Shown here piece by piece: positions 32,388-41,161 of a stretch of DNA of 64,000 nucleotides. The position numbers were made by a program, and so were the translations under genes. The first letter of the stretch is position 1. Each line of letters begins with the position of its first letter. Source of the DNA: Candidatus Latescibacterota bacterium. Its GTDB lineage: Bacteria > Latescibacterota > CBDEFO01. The stretch covers positions 32,001 to 96,000 of the forward strand of contig CBDEFO010000003.1 of NCBI GenBank assembly GCA_965237525.1, in the 5' to 3' direction. Below the pieces are notes generated by a model. It was not told the origin of the DNA, searched no databases, and saw only the letters and a list, made by a program, of their open reading frames with translations.

Positions 32388-32434
32388 GTCTGGCAGACAA
32401 TAGGTCAGGGGTTCGATCCCCCTCAGTTCCACCA
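32388..32434 (+). other. 3' half of tRNA-Ala(GGC) (probable att site); not a complete tRNA
   Basis: GTC-TGGCA-GACAA anticodon region, then AGGTCAGGGGTTCGATCCCCCTCAGTTCCACCA (T arm, acceptor strand, CCA); no 5' acceptor or D arm upstream. Confidence 0.75.
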
Positions 32435-32460
32435 ATTGACAATGATGACTGAACTTTATA

Positions 32461-32505
32461 CCCCTTTTCGGACACAGATAATATAAGCTGTCCGATCGGG
32501 GGGGG
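32461..32505 (+). terminator. Imperfect hairpin downstream of the tRNA fragment
   Basis: CCCCTTTTCGGACA...TGTCCGATCGGGGGG. Confidence 0.35.
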
Positions 32506-32544
32506 TACTTTGCCCCTACGTTTATCAGAACTTACCTTTTTATC

Positions 32545-32760
32545 TACTATTTTTCATCTCGAAATATCCCACGGTCCAGCTTCCCAGGATGCCAAAGATT
32601 GTGGTGACTGTGCTACCCAGGGATAGGAGGGGCAGGCCTACAAAGCGTGGCCCACAGTACATCCTCCCGCCAGAGATCCACTAACACCTAAAAAGAGCCC
32701 GTCCGTAAACGCCTGCAACGCCTCCTTTCCCGTGATCTCATTGAAGGACATCTTTCTCTT
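32545..32760 (-). pseudogene. YeeE/YedE-like membrane transporter C-terminal remnant
   Basis: GLFLGVSGSLAGGCTVGHA then a frameshift to GLPLLSLGSTVTTIFGILG, resembling the YeeE LAGGC(T)xGH motif. Confidence 0.45.
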
Positions 32761-33427
32761 CGCCTTGTGCTACTATATGCCCCGTTTGAGTAGTGGCCCT
32801 ACCTAGCTGCTGACTACTGGGCGAGTGAACCTAGCTCCTGCATTCTGTATACTCAAAACCGAGATTGCTTCGCTTTTCTCGCAATGACAGATGGCAGAAG
32901 GTGTCATTGTGAGGAGGTTCACCCGAGGGGCTCGGCTCTTACCTTTCGTCATTGCTCGTTTGCTGGGAGCTTCACAATTGCCCTCGGTATCCGTTCCGTG
33001 ACGATAGCCAATGGGATGGGTCTTCAAAACCTCTGAGGGTAGCCGGTGAAGCCATATCACTTGAGGCGCCCGGTCACGTGGAAATCCATAACTTACAAGT
33101 CAAGTCAGCGTGAGAGGAACACTTAACTTCTTCCAACGCCTTCTGTCAACTCTGAGCCAGAAATACGGGATCGCGATGGAGCCTCGACGGTTGAGGCTGG
33201 ATTCACCTACCGTGTTTCTTGGTGCTGAGAAACGCAAACACCACTCCGAAGGTTCTATCTATGTTACTTGCTTGGGGTGAGAAATGGTTCGCGGTTACAC
33301 TTCAAGAACTCAGTATAGCGGTCATTCAAGTCACAAAGACCAATACTTCTTCGGGCTCCATCTTGTAGCTTTCAGTGTGATCAACCTCTGCTATTGCTCC
33401 CGTGACACAGTCTCGCTTATCAGGTAT

Positions 33428-33846
33428 TCACTTGTCCATAGATCTGATTCTTGCGGACAGGACTGTTGCTATGTTTGTCATGACTTTAAGTGCGGCCTTC
33501 GGCTCCTCTTGGGCGAATTTGTCGTATTCTTCCTATTGAATATAAGGATCTGGGAGTCCACAGCAGCTTTTGCTTTGCCACTGCGGGCTCGGGTGTCTAC
33601 GAACGCCATATCTCCGAACATATGCCCTTGGTGCATTGAAATCACAAACTTCATGCCTTCGCCTCTATTTATCTGTATGTCCACAACCCCTGATCTAACA
33701 ATAAAGAGGGCGTCATTTAGCTCTCCCTGTTCGAAGACTTTTTCGCCCGCAGTGTATTCCACGTCCCTTGCTAGTCCTGCTAACTTATCCGCTTCTTCAT
33801 CGTTCAGGCCTCGGCCTAAATCTGTGGCTCTCAGAAATTCAGTCAT
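33428..33846 (-). pseudogene. Cyclic nucleotide-binding domain protein, frameshifted near 33530
   Basis: GEKVFEQGE, LFIVRSGVV, GHMFGDMAFVD..RSGKAKA; the alternative frame continues EYDKFAQEEPKAALKVMTNIATVLSARIRSMDK*. Confidence 0.75.
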
Positions 33847-34059
33847 GTCGTTCACATGTACCCCCAGTTTGAAAGAGGAGACTTGTACCATTTTCTCATC
33901 TGGGAGGGGAACACCTACTAAACCATCTCCTCAAATTTTGAAAATATTGACCTCCTCACGTGTCCGTCACGCTTCACTACTAAAACTTTCAATATGTTAT
34001 TCAACTGCGATATACAAAAGACTTTTCAAGTTCAAGAGCTAAATCTTACTTTGGTATCC

Positions 34060-34370
34060 CTATTCTTCAGGCATTACTACATTCTTCCCTCAAGTTGCGA
34101 TAAAGCCCTGACGTTCTAATCTCTTCAGGACTCTGGAGAATATCTTTCTCGTCGTTGCTGACATATTAGCTAGTTCCTGATGGATCGGACGGTTCTATAG
34201 CATTATCCCATCTTGAACGCTCACTCGGTGGACACAAGCCAATTGTGTCGGTTCTACTCCGTTCGGCAAGTACGATAATTGTAGCATATATCTCTGCTTC
34301 TATAAATACTACAGCAGTATACAAGAAATCCAGAATACTGTCAAGTCTTTTTTGTCGGAGCAGTATCATT
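34060..34370 (-). pseudogene. Crp/Fnr-family regulator HTH remnant
   Basis: ELANMSATTRKIFSRVLKRLERQGFIAT*GK resembles the Crp helix-turn-helix; internal stop and frameshifts. Confidence 0.6.
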
Positions 34371-34405
34371 TGAACCGCCGTAATTGACTCTCAATCTTTC
34401 TTTAT

Positions 34406-34552
34406 AAAGATTATGGCAGAACACCGCCACTCGTGCGTGGCGGATGAATACCACTGGAGGAGGAGGGCATCTTCCAAGGGTGAGGTTTGAAGCCCCGCCC
34501 GCGGAGTGCCGATGTCGAGCCGCGCCGTAGGCGGTAGGCGACGTGGTTTCAC
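34406..34552 (+). mobile_element. Putative non-autonomous IS200/IS605-type miniature element (PATE-like)
   Basis: TTTAT, then hairpin CCGCCAC-TCGTGC-GTGGCGG-ATGAAT (left-end-like) and GAAGCCCCGCC...GGCG...GGTTTCAC (right-end-like); no coding capacity. Confidence 0.4.
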
Positions 34553-35490
34553 TCTGTCACCTGCTTGACGAGTCGGAACTTCTGAATGCGGTTATTCCCC
34601 CAATCTGTTACGTAGACGTTGTCGTCTTTGTCTGTTGCCACATCTGTCGGACGTTCGAACTTTCCGTCGCCGTTCCCCTTCCTTCCCCACTGGAGAAGGA
34701 AGTGTCCATCGCTGCCAAAGACCTGGATGCGGTGATTGTAAAAATCCGCTACGTAGATCCTATCTTCTCCGTCTAAGCCTATACCGGTGGACACGTTGAA
34801 CCTGCCTTCATCTGTTCCGTAACCTCCCCAGCTCGTAAGAAGTTGCCCTTCACGCGTGAACTTGACAATCCTATGATTGTAGGCGTCAGCCACGTAGACA
34901 GTACCGTCAGAACCGACAGCTAGATCGGTGGGGTAATTAAATTGTCCGTCGCCTTCTCCGTGCTCTCCCCATTGACGGACGAATTCGCCATTTCTATCAA
35001 ACTTTTCTATCCTGTAGTTGTAGAAATCAGCTACATAGATATTCCCCTGGCTGTCCACAGATACGCCCGCCGGGGCGTCAAAATAAGTGTCCTCCTCTTG
35101 CCGCCGGCCAATAGTCCCGATAGAACTCCCGGAGGGGTTGAAGACCTGTATCCTGTCGTTGAAATATTCTGCTACATAGAGCTTACTATCCTTCATTTCA
35201 ATATGCATGGGACGCGCAAGCTCTCCACGGGCATTGCCCTCTTTTCCCCATTCGGCTAGGAAATTGCCCAGTATGTCAAACTTTTGAATGCGATTGTTCC
35301 CACTATCGGAGACATAGACACTTCCGACATCGTCAACAGCGATCCCTATAGGGCCCTGGAACTGCCCTGGCATTTCTCCTTCTGTTCCCCATTTCTGGAC
35401 GAAGACGAATTGCAGTTTGTCCTCTTTGGAACAGTAAAGATGGCCTGTCGAAAGGATCAATATTATCAGCGACAAGATTGGTTGTCTCAT
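34549..35490 (-). CDS. Exported NHL-repeat six-bladed beta-propeller protein
   Basis: Six F/LxxPxGIAVDxxGxVYVADxxNxRIQKF repeats; N-terminal signal/lipoprotein-like leader. Confidence 0.92.
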   Translation of the reverse strand: MRQPILSLIILILSTGHLYCSKEDKLQFVFVQKWGTEGEMPGQFQGPIGIAVDDVGSVYVSDSGNNRIQKFDILGNFLAEWGKEGNARGELARPMHIEMKDSKLYVAEYFNDRIQVFNPSGSSIGTIGRRQEEDTYFDAPAGVSVDSQGNIYVADFYNYRIEKFDRNGEFVRQWGEHGEGDGQFNYPTDLAVGSDGTVYVADAYNHRIVKFTREGQLLTSWGGYGTDEGRFNVSTGIGLDGEDRIYVADFYNHRIQVFGSDGHFLLQWGRKGNGDGKFERPTDVATDKDDNVYVTDWGNNRIQKFRLVKQVTE

Positions 35491-35503
35491 ATTTTCCCTC
35501 TTG

Positions 35504-35782
35504 TCAAAGTATCCTCGGCAACCACATGACGATCACCAAGGCGGTGGAGACCCATACTACAAGCACGCTCAGTCTGTGCCCGTGCCGCTTTACGTACACC
35601 AGATAGTGCGCTCTTGCCAAAAGCAGGACAGACAGAGTAAGCAAGAAAGGATAAAACTTTATCGCAAGGAACCTTGCAGTAGCTACCCCTGCTAACCCGA
35701 GCAGGGCAAAGATCGCCGGGACTATTCAACACCAGGGCAGTGCCGCAAGAAGGGCCATCAGGCTCGATGCCTTTGTCTTCAT
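35504..35782 (-). CDS. MerT/MerF-like heavy-metal transporter, probable selenoprotein (Cys-Sec motif)
   Basis: Hand translation MKTKASSLMALLAALPWC(TGA)IVPAIFALLGLAGVATARFLAIKFYPFLLTLSVLLLARAHYLVYVKRHGHRLSVLVVWVSTALVIVMWLPRIL* (92 codons, three hydrophobic segments). It fills the operon gap exactly, and the TGA at 35726-35728 sits at the second Cys of the MerT CC pair. Confidence 0.8.
35687..35706 (-). promoter_or_regulatory. Bacterial SECIS-like hairpin
   Basis: CCCUGCU-CGGGUU-AGCAGGG: perfect 7-bp stem, G among the first two loop bases, loop starts 26 nt after the UGA. Confidence 0.7.
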
Positions 35783-35794
35783 TGTTCTAATACC

Positions 35795-36334
35795 TTACTT
35801 AGTAGCAGAGGACAACATCTTAAACTGTCCAATAGACAGGACATAAGGATGCCCCGCATGGCCTTCGACTTTTTCCTTGGAGAGCGTGCCAGTTATCCGA
35901 AGGAGCTTGTCCTCGCCTTTGAGCGCCTCTTTGACCTTCTTCAACTGCTCGTTCTGAGCGATCAGAAAGACGTTCGCGTTCTTTGCAAACTTTAAAACTG
36001 TTCTGCCATTATGCTCGGATATACGGCCTTTAACCGTAATCGCGATGTCTCTTGGGGTAAAGCCGCCGTCCACCACAGCCTTCTTTACATCTTCGATGGA
36101 GAGGTTCTTTTTCTCCTTCACAGTCAGTTTGGCTACTCCCTGATCCACTTTGATCTCTAACTTCTCAACCCCTTCTACTCTCTTGAGCTTCTTCTCCAAG
36201 CCGTAGGCGCAAAAAGGGCACGAAAGACCGTCCACCTTAACTGTAGCCTCTTCTATCTGAGCCGGACTCTCCACAGGTACAGCCGACACAATAATAACTG
36301 AGAGCAACAAAGAAAGAATTCTTTTTATCGTCAT
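35795..36334 (-). CDS. Periplasmic heavy-metal-associated (HMA, MerP-like) protein with C-terminal extension
   Basis: Signal peptide; VDGLSCPFCAYGLEKKL; C-terminal HAGH; RBS AGGAGG. Confidence 0.88.
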   Translation of the reverse strand: MTIKRILSLLLSVIIVSAVPVESPAQIEEATVKVDGLSCPFCAYGLEKKLKRVEGVEKLEIKVDQGVAKLTVKEKKNLSIEDVKKAVVDGGFTPRDIAITVKGRISEHNGRTVLKFAKNANVFLIAQNEQLKKVKEALKGEDKLLRITGTLSKEKVEGHAGHPYVLSIGQFKMLSSATK

Positions 36335-36384
36335 CTTGAAACGACCTCCTTTTAACTTTACAGGTTAATATTGAGACTTTAGGA

Positions 36385-37330
36385 CTAAAAGATCAGCCAT
36401 CGAATCCCGCTTACAAAGGCAAAGTCCCTCCCAAGTTGGGTGCCGTTCAGGTCCTGGAGCAGGGGGATCTGTATCGATGTATCGATGATTAATGTGCTCA
36501 GAGGGATGTATTGTATCCCGGGAGAGAGACAAAATGTGTCCGCCGGAGTCCTCGACTGTCTGTCCACTTGCCTCGTTCCTCCGGTTGAACTGCCCGTTTG
36601 CCTCTAAATAAAGAGTGGCACAAGACGATGGATAGGTCTCATAGACCGAAGGATATATTCTGTATCCGACCGCAAGATCGTAATTTAAAGCATCTCCGAA
36701 TCTGTATTCGTCCTCCTCCCTTTTGAATGTGTAGATGGCGTCTGTGTTGATCCCGAGTCTTCCTACGCTGTGGGTTAAGATAAGTCCGGCTGAGTAATCT
36801 ATGGAGCCTGTTCCCAATTGTAGCCCTCTGGGTAGAGGTTCGCCCAACTCATCGATCTCGTCGTGGTCTCCGATGGGAAGTTTCAGTCCTCCCTTAAACG
36901 TAATTCTGGTCGTCTTTCGATGAGCGTCCCGTTGAAGGAGTTGATATTTGAATAAGAGAGAAAGATCCCCAAAGCCGCTGTCAGACAGAGTGCGTCTTAT
37001 CCCGCCCTGAACGAGACTCATCTCCTTATCCAGATACGGGATCGCTGCGGCGACTACCATTCTGTTTGGAATCAATTCGTAGGGAATTATAATAGGAACA
37101 GCCACAACTTGTACCTCACGGTCCAAAGGATCAGAGACTTTCGTACTACCCTTTAAGAGCTTCGATTTCTTTGTCGTTTTAACGAACGTCCTGAGCGCAG
37201 CACCCTGGAGGCCGACCACGAACGCTGTCTCAGTGTTGATCGGTGGCCCCTGAGCAAATGTCCCATTTGGATAAACCATATGAAGAACAACAGAGCACAT
37301 AACAGATAACAAAACGATGTATCTTCTCAT
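36385..37330 (-). CDS. Outer-membrane beta-barrel (MetA-pathway/transporter-like), frameshift near 36525
   Basis: Signal peptide, SGFGDLSL, GLKLPIG, QLGTGS motifs; the true C-terminus SPGIQY...GIRWLIF* (terminal Phe) is in another frame after a short (TC)n run. Confidence 0.75.
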
Positions 37331-37376
37331 AGACACCTCCTTCCTAAGATTACTCCTAAGACCCTCTGACATTTCG

Positions 37377-37673
37377 TTATCTTGCGAACTTATAGATGAT
37401 GTCCATCAATTGGTCGTATATTCTATCAGCCTCTTGGCTGTCTTGCGACCTGATGGAATTGGTGACACAATTTTCCAGGTAGTTTCTCATCATAATCTTT
37501 CCCACCTGCTTTAGACCCTCCTCTGCCGCTGCTATTTGGGTCAGTACCTCCACGCAAGGGCGCTCCTTTTCTATCATGCCCTGTAATCCTCTCATCTGGC
37601 CTTCAATAGATTTAAGGCGTCTGACTGTCTGGTCCTTGCGATCTTGTGAGATTAGCTTGATTTCTACGATCAT
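37377..37673 (-). CDS. csoR: CsoR/RcnR-family metal-sensing repressor
   Basis: RRLKSIEGQMRGLQGMIEKERPCVEVLTQIAA...NYLENCV. Confidence 0.88.
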   Translation of the reverse strand: MIVEIKLISQDRKDQTVRRLKSIEGQMRGLQGMIEKERPCVEVLTQIAAAEEGLKQVGKIMMRNYLENCVTNSIRSQDSQEADRIYDQLMDIIYKFAR

Positions 37674-37689
37674 CTTGTCTCCTTTCGTT

Positions 37690-37746
37690 TACACCCCCAC
37701 CCCCTGAGGGTATATAGAATATAAGAAACAACTTTAGCGATGTCAA
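37690..37746 (-). promoter_or_regulatory. Sigma70 promoter with CsoR-type operator
   Basis: TTGACA-17 nt-TATATT, followed by ATACCCTCAGGGGGTGGGGGTGT (C/G tracts typical of CsoR boxes). Confidence 0.75.
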
Positions 37747-38141
37747 GAAAGATTTTCACGTTAACTCCAAAATAGTGATCATCTGAGTTCCTGTGATCTT
37801 TGGACTCTTACAATGTATCAGGTCAAAACAGTCTGCACAAAATTGTAGAGATCCAAAAGGCAGCCAACATACAGGGAGATGAATCCAATTGAGAATGCCT
37901 CGCTGTTCCCCACAAGAAGAAGTCGCGAAGCGGGACCAATCGCACCTTTCCACCGACTTAGCATGTACGAAAAGTTTTGTCAAATTACTTAATAAAATCA
38001 AAATTGTAGTGAAGCGATATATCCTGATTGCGGTAAGACAATGTCGTCTCGGAGGGTTTTCCTCCCCCGAGCTGTGGCTGATCAGGCTCCCCTACCGTAA
38101 GGCTCATTGACGATCTCTTCTGTTTTGCACACTCGTTTGGC

Positions 38142-38170
38142 TTGACATTCTGGGGTGAGTATCGTATATT
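38142..38170 (+). promoter_or_regulatory. Sigma70-type promoter
   Basis: TTGACA-17 nt-TATATT upstream of the 38.4-42.0 kb operon. Confidence 0.55.
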
Positions 38171-38425
38171 ACGGGTGAATATTATCCCCTAAAGTCCTTG
38201 TTGCTTGCTGCCCCCGCGGCGGCCCATGCTCCGCGCTTTTCTTTTTAGACGAAGGTAGATATAGCGATTTAGCTTTCTAGATAGCGACCTCATTCCTTCA
38301 ATCGGGAGGGGTAAAATCCATCTTATGACGGTAGAAAGCTGATGCGTTTCGAGACGTGGAGTTGAGGAGAGGATCTCGAATACGTTGCGCGGTAGGGATG
38401 ATCGTTCTTATAGATCCTTAGTAGC

Positions 38426-39076
38426 TTGCCACGTCTGGGTGTGTATATGGACAGGGAGAACACCAGAAAGCGTCACGAGAAGGCCCGTGAAAGAGAAATC
38501 CTGGTGGGTTACGAGATTTCGCGGGAAACTCCAAAGCCGGGCACACCCCTCGAAGAGCGGATAGTCGAATTTATCCAGAAAAAGCGGAAAACAGGGCATT
38601 GCTACATCACATCAGCTAGATATGTTCTGAACGGGTGGATATTCATCGGGCTCTGTCTATGTGTGTTGCTGCTCATCACCTTCTTTTCGGGATTTGGACG
38701 AGCGGTAGTCCTATTCGGGATCGTTACGTCGGTGCTATTCTTCTATTCTCTCCGTAAGCACAGCGGCTTGAGGGCTGCATTCTGGCTCTTATCTTTCCTG
38801 CCGGGCATATGTGTTTTAGCATACTACGGATCTGTGTGGTCGACGGAGCGGTTGCTGACGGCAACCCTTGGCCCAGGGGGCAAAGGTCCGACTATGGAAG
38901 CGTGGCGCCAGATGGCTACGCAGTTGCTCCTGCCGAAGGTGATTCCCATCGACCGTTTGGTGCCGGTATGGCTGGGATACCTGACAGGGGCCGGCGCTCT
39001 GATGGGCTTGTGGATTGGTGTCCGGCTGGTCCGCTACGGTGCGTCGCTGCAACAGGCGGGTTCCGCGCGCAGATAA
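38426..39076 (+). CDS. Hypothetical membrane protein (start uncertain)
   Basis: 216 aa with about four hydrophobic segments, directly upstream of the citE-like gene. Confidence 0.55.
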   Translation: MPRLGVYMDRENTRKRHEKAREREILVGYEISRETPKPGTPLEERIVEFIQKKRKTGHCYITSARYVLNGWIFIGLCLCVLLLITFFSGFGRAVVLFGIVTSVLFFYSLRKHSGLRAAFWLLSFLPGICVLAYYGSVWSTERLLTATLGPGGKGPTMEAWRQMATQLLLPKVIPIDRLVPVWLGYLTGAGALMGLWIGVRLVRYGASLQQAGSARR

Positions 39077-39095
39077 AAAAGGAAAGTGGGTGTAT

Positions 39096-39965
39096 ATGCA
39101 GATTATGCGGTCTTGGATGTTCGTGCCCGGGAATCGGAGTAGGATGATCGATAAGGCTCTCGGCCTGAAGCTGGATGTCGCGATCTTTGATCTGGAGGAT
39201 GGTGTGCCGCCAGCCGAGAAGGATGCCGCCCGGGATCTGGTGGCTGCGGCCCTTGGGCGTCCTCTAGGCGGGCCGTCCCGCTATGTCCGCATCCACGCCG
39301 CCCGGAGCGCTGAGATGGATGCGGATCTGCAGACCGCCGTTAGACCCGGGTTGGATGGATTGACATTGTCGAAGGTGGGATGTCCCGAAGACGTGGTTGC
39401 GGTTGACGCGACTCTGAGAGAACGGGAATCCAGGTCCGGACTCCAACCTGGAAGCGTTCGACTGCTGGCTACAATTGAAAGTGCCCGCGGGCTCATTCAG
39501 GCGTCCGCTATCGCGGCCTCCTGTCCGCGACTGGTCGGGCTGATGTTTGGAGCGGAAGATTTCGCCCTGGATCTGGGGATTTTTGCCCTCCGGGATGGTG
39601 AAGCCACAGATATGGTCTACGCCCGCTCGGCCCTCGTCGTCGCGGCGGTCAGCCAGCGACTTCAGGTTGTGGACAGGATATACGCGAATATCCAGAATCC
39701 CGACGGGCTCCTTGCGGATGGGCGCCGGGCCCGCCAGCTCGGCTTTACGGGCAAAGCTCTGATTCACCCGAGCCAGATCGAGGCCGTTCACGATGTCTTC
39801 TCTCCGACCGCCGATGAGGTGGAATACGCCCAACGTGTGGTGGAGGCCTTCGCGAAGGCGGAGGCCGCAGGACAAGGGGCGATCGTGGTGGAAGGCCAGA
39901 TGGTCGATCTGCCGATCGTGGAGAGGGCCCGACGAGTTCTCAGATTGCACGAGATGATGAGATGA
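39096..39965 (+). CDS. citE: CitE/malyl-CoA lyase family CoA-ester lyase
   Basis: RSWMFVPGN, FDLEDGV, IESARG, FGAEDF, GFTGKALIHPSQI, GQMVDLP. Confidence 0.9.
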   Translation: MQIMRSWMFVPGNRSRMIDKALGLKLDVAIFDLEDGVPPAEKDAARDLVAAALGRPLGGPSRYVRIHAARSAEMDADLQTAVRPGLDGLTLSKVGCPEDVVAVDATLRERESRSGLQPGSVRLLATIESARGLIQASAIAASCPRLVGLMFGAEDFALDLGIFALRDGEATDMVYARSALVVAAVSQRLQVVDRIYANIQNPDGLLADGRRARQLGFTGKALIHPSQIEAVHDVFSPTADEVEYAQRVVEAFAKAEAAGQGAIVVEGQMVDLPIVERARRVLRLHEMMR

Positions 39966-41161
39966 GACTGCTCGAACATCAAAGCAGGAAACTGCTCTCA
40001 AGCTTCGGTCTGGTCTTCACCGAACAGAAGGTGATCGAATCCCTTCAGGAGGCGCAGGCGGCCGTCGAGGGCGTCGGGCTGCCCGCCGTTCTCAAAGCGC
40101 AGGTGCCTTTCGGCGGACGCGGTAAAGCCGGGGCGGTGAAGTTCGCGGAGACCTTGGACGAAGTCGAAGCCGGAGCCGGGGAGCTGCTTAGAATGGAATT
40201 GCGCGGCACCAGGGTGGGGAGGGTTTCGATTGAACCCAAGCTGGATTTTGATCAGGAGTTCTACGTCGGCATCGCCTGGGACACGGTAGAAAAGCTGCCC
40301 CTTGCCCTGTTGAGTCCCAGCGGCGGGGTCGATGTCGAATCCTCCCAGACAGATCGTCTTGTACGCCGTTCGTTTCATCCGTGGAGGGGGCTTGCGCCGT
40401 ATGAAGGACGAGGGATGGCGTCCCAACTCGGCCTGAGGGGGAAAACGCTCGTCCGGTTGGGAGAGGTCCTCGCAACGCTGTCCGAAGCCTTCCTGGCATG
40501 CGATGCGGTCACTATGGAGATTAATCCTCTGGTTATTGCCGAAAATGGCGCTTCGGTGGGCCTCGATGCGCACGTGGAAATTGAGGACGACGCTGCATAT
40601 CGGCAGAATAAAAGATTAGAACCGTTAGGTGATCTGACGCAGAGCGCAACGGGCCACCCTCCAACGCCTCTGGAGCTTGAGGCACAGCGTATCGATGCAA
40701 TGGATCACCGAGGTGTTGCGGGCCGCCTTGTGGAATTTGACGGCGACTTGGCCCTGCTTATCGGTGGGGGCGGCGCCAGTCTGACCGTTTTCGACGCGAT
40801 CAAGCTCTATGGGGGGAGACCCGCCAACTACTGCGAGGTGGGGGGAAACCCGACTGAGGAGAAGGTGGCCGCTTTAAGTGCGCTTTTATTATCCAAACCA
40901 GAAGTTAAGCGGATGGCCGTTATTATGAATGTGGTCAACAACACTCGTTCAGACGTCATGGCCCGCGGGGTTCTCATGGGAATTGAGAGGGCGGGGAGAA
41001 ACCCTTCCGATACCATCAGCGTCTTTCGCGTCCCCGGCTCGTGGGAACAGGAGGCGCGGGAGATCATGGCCACGGCTGGGGTCGAGGCGCAGGGGCGCGA
41101 CGTATCGTTGAATGAGGCCGCCAGATTGGCCGTAGAAGGAAATATGGCTCATGTTGCTTGA
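39962..41161 (+). CDS. ATP-grasp acyl-CoA synthetase beta subunit (SucC-like, with ACL/citryl-CoA synthetase-type motifs)
   Basis: LLEHQSR, VLKAQVPFGGRGKAGAV, EINPL; ligase loop IGGGGASL, NYCEVGGNP, VVNNT. Confidence 0.85.
   Translation: MRLLEHQSRKLLSSFGLVFTEQKVIESLQEAQAAVEGVGLPAVLKAQVPFGGRGKAGAVKFAETLDEVEAGAGELLRMELRGTRVGRVSIEPKLDFDQEFYVGIAWDTVEKLPLALLSPSGGVDVESSQTDRLVRRSFHPWRGLAPYEGRGMASQLGLRGKTLVRLGEVLATLSEAFLACDAVTMEINPLVIAENGASVGLDAHVEIEDDAAYRQNKRLEPLGDLTQSATGHPPTPLELEAQRIDAMDHRGVAGRLVEFDGDLALLIGGGGASLTVFDAIKLYGGRPANYCEVGGNPTEEKVAALSALLLSKPEVKRMAVIMNVVNNTRSDVMARGVLMGIERAGRNPSDTISVFRVPGSWEQEAREIMATAGVEAQGRDVSLNEAARLAVEGNMAHVA

Noticed and set aside
32360..32434. Complete tRNA gene
   Set aside because: No 5' acceptor strand or D arm; only the 3' half is present.
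35487..35732. ORF-track 81-aa protein
   Set aside because: Wrong frame; the overlapping frame 35504..35782 has an RBS, TM pattern and MerT-like motif.
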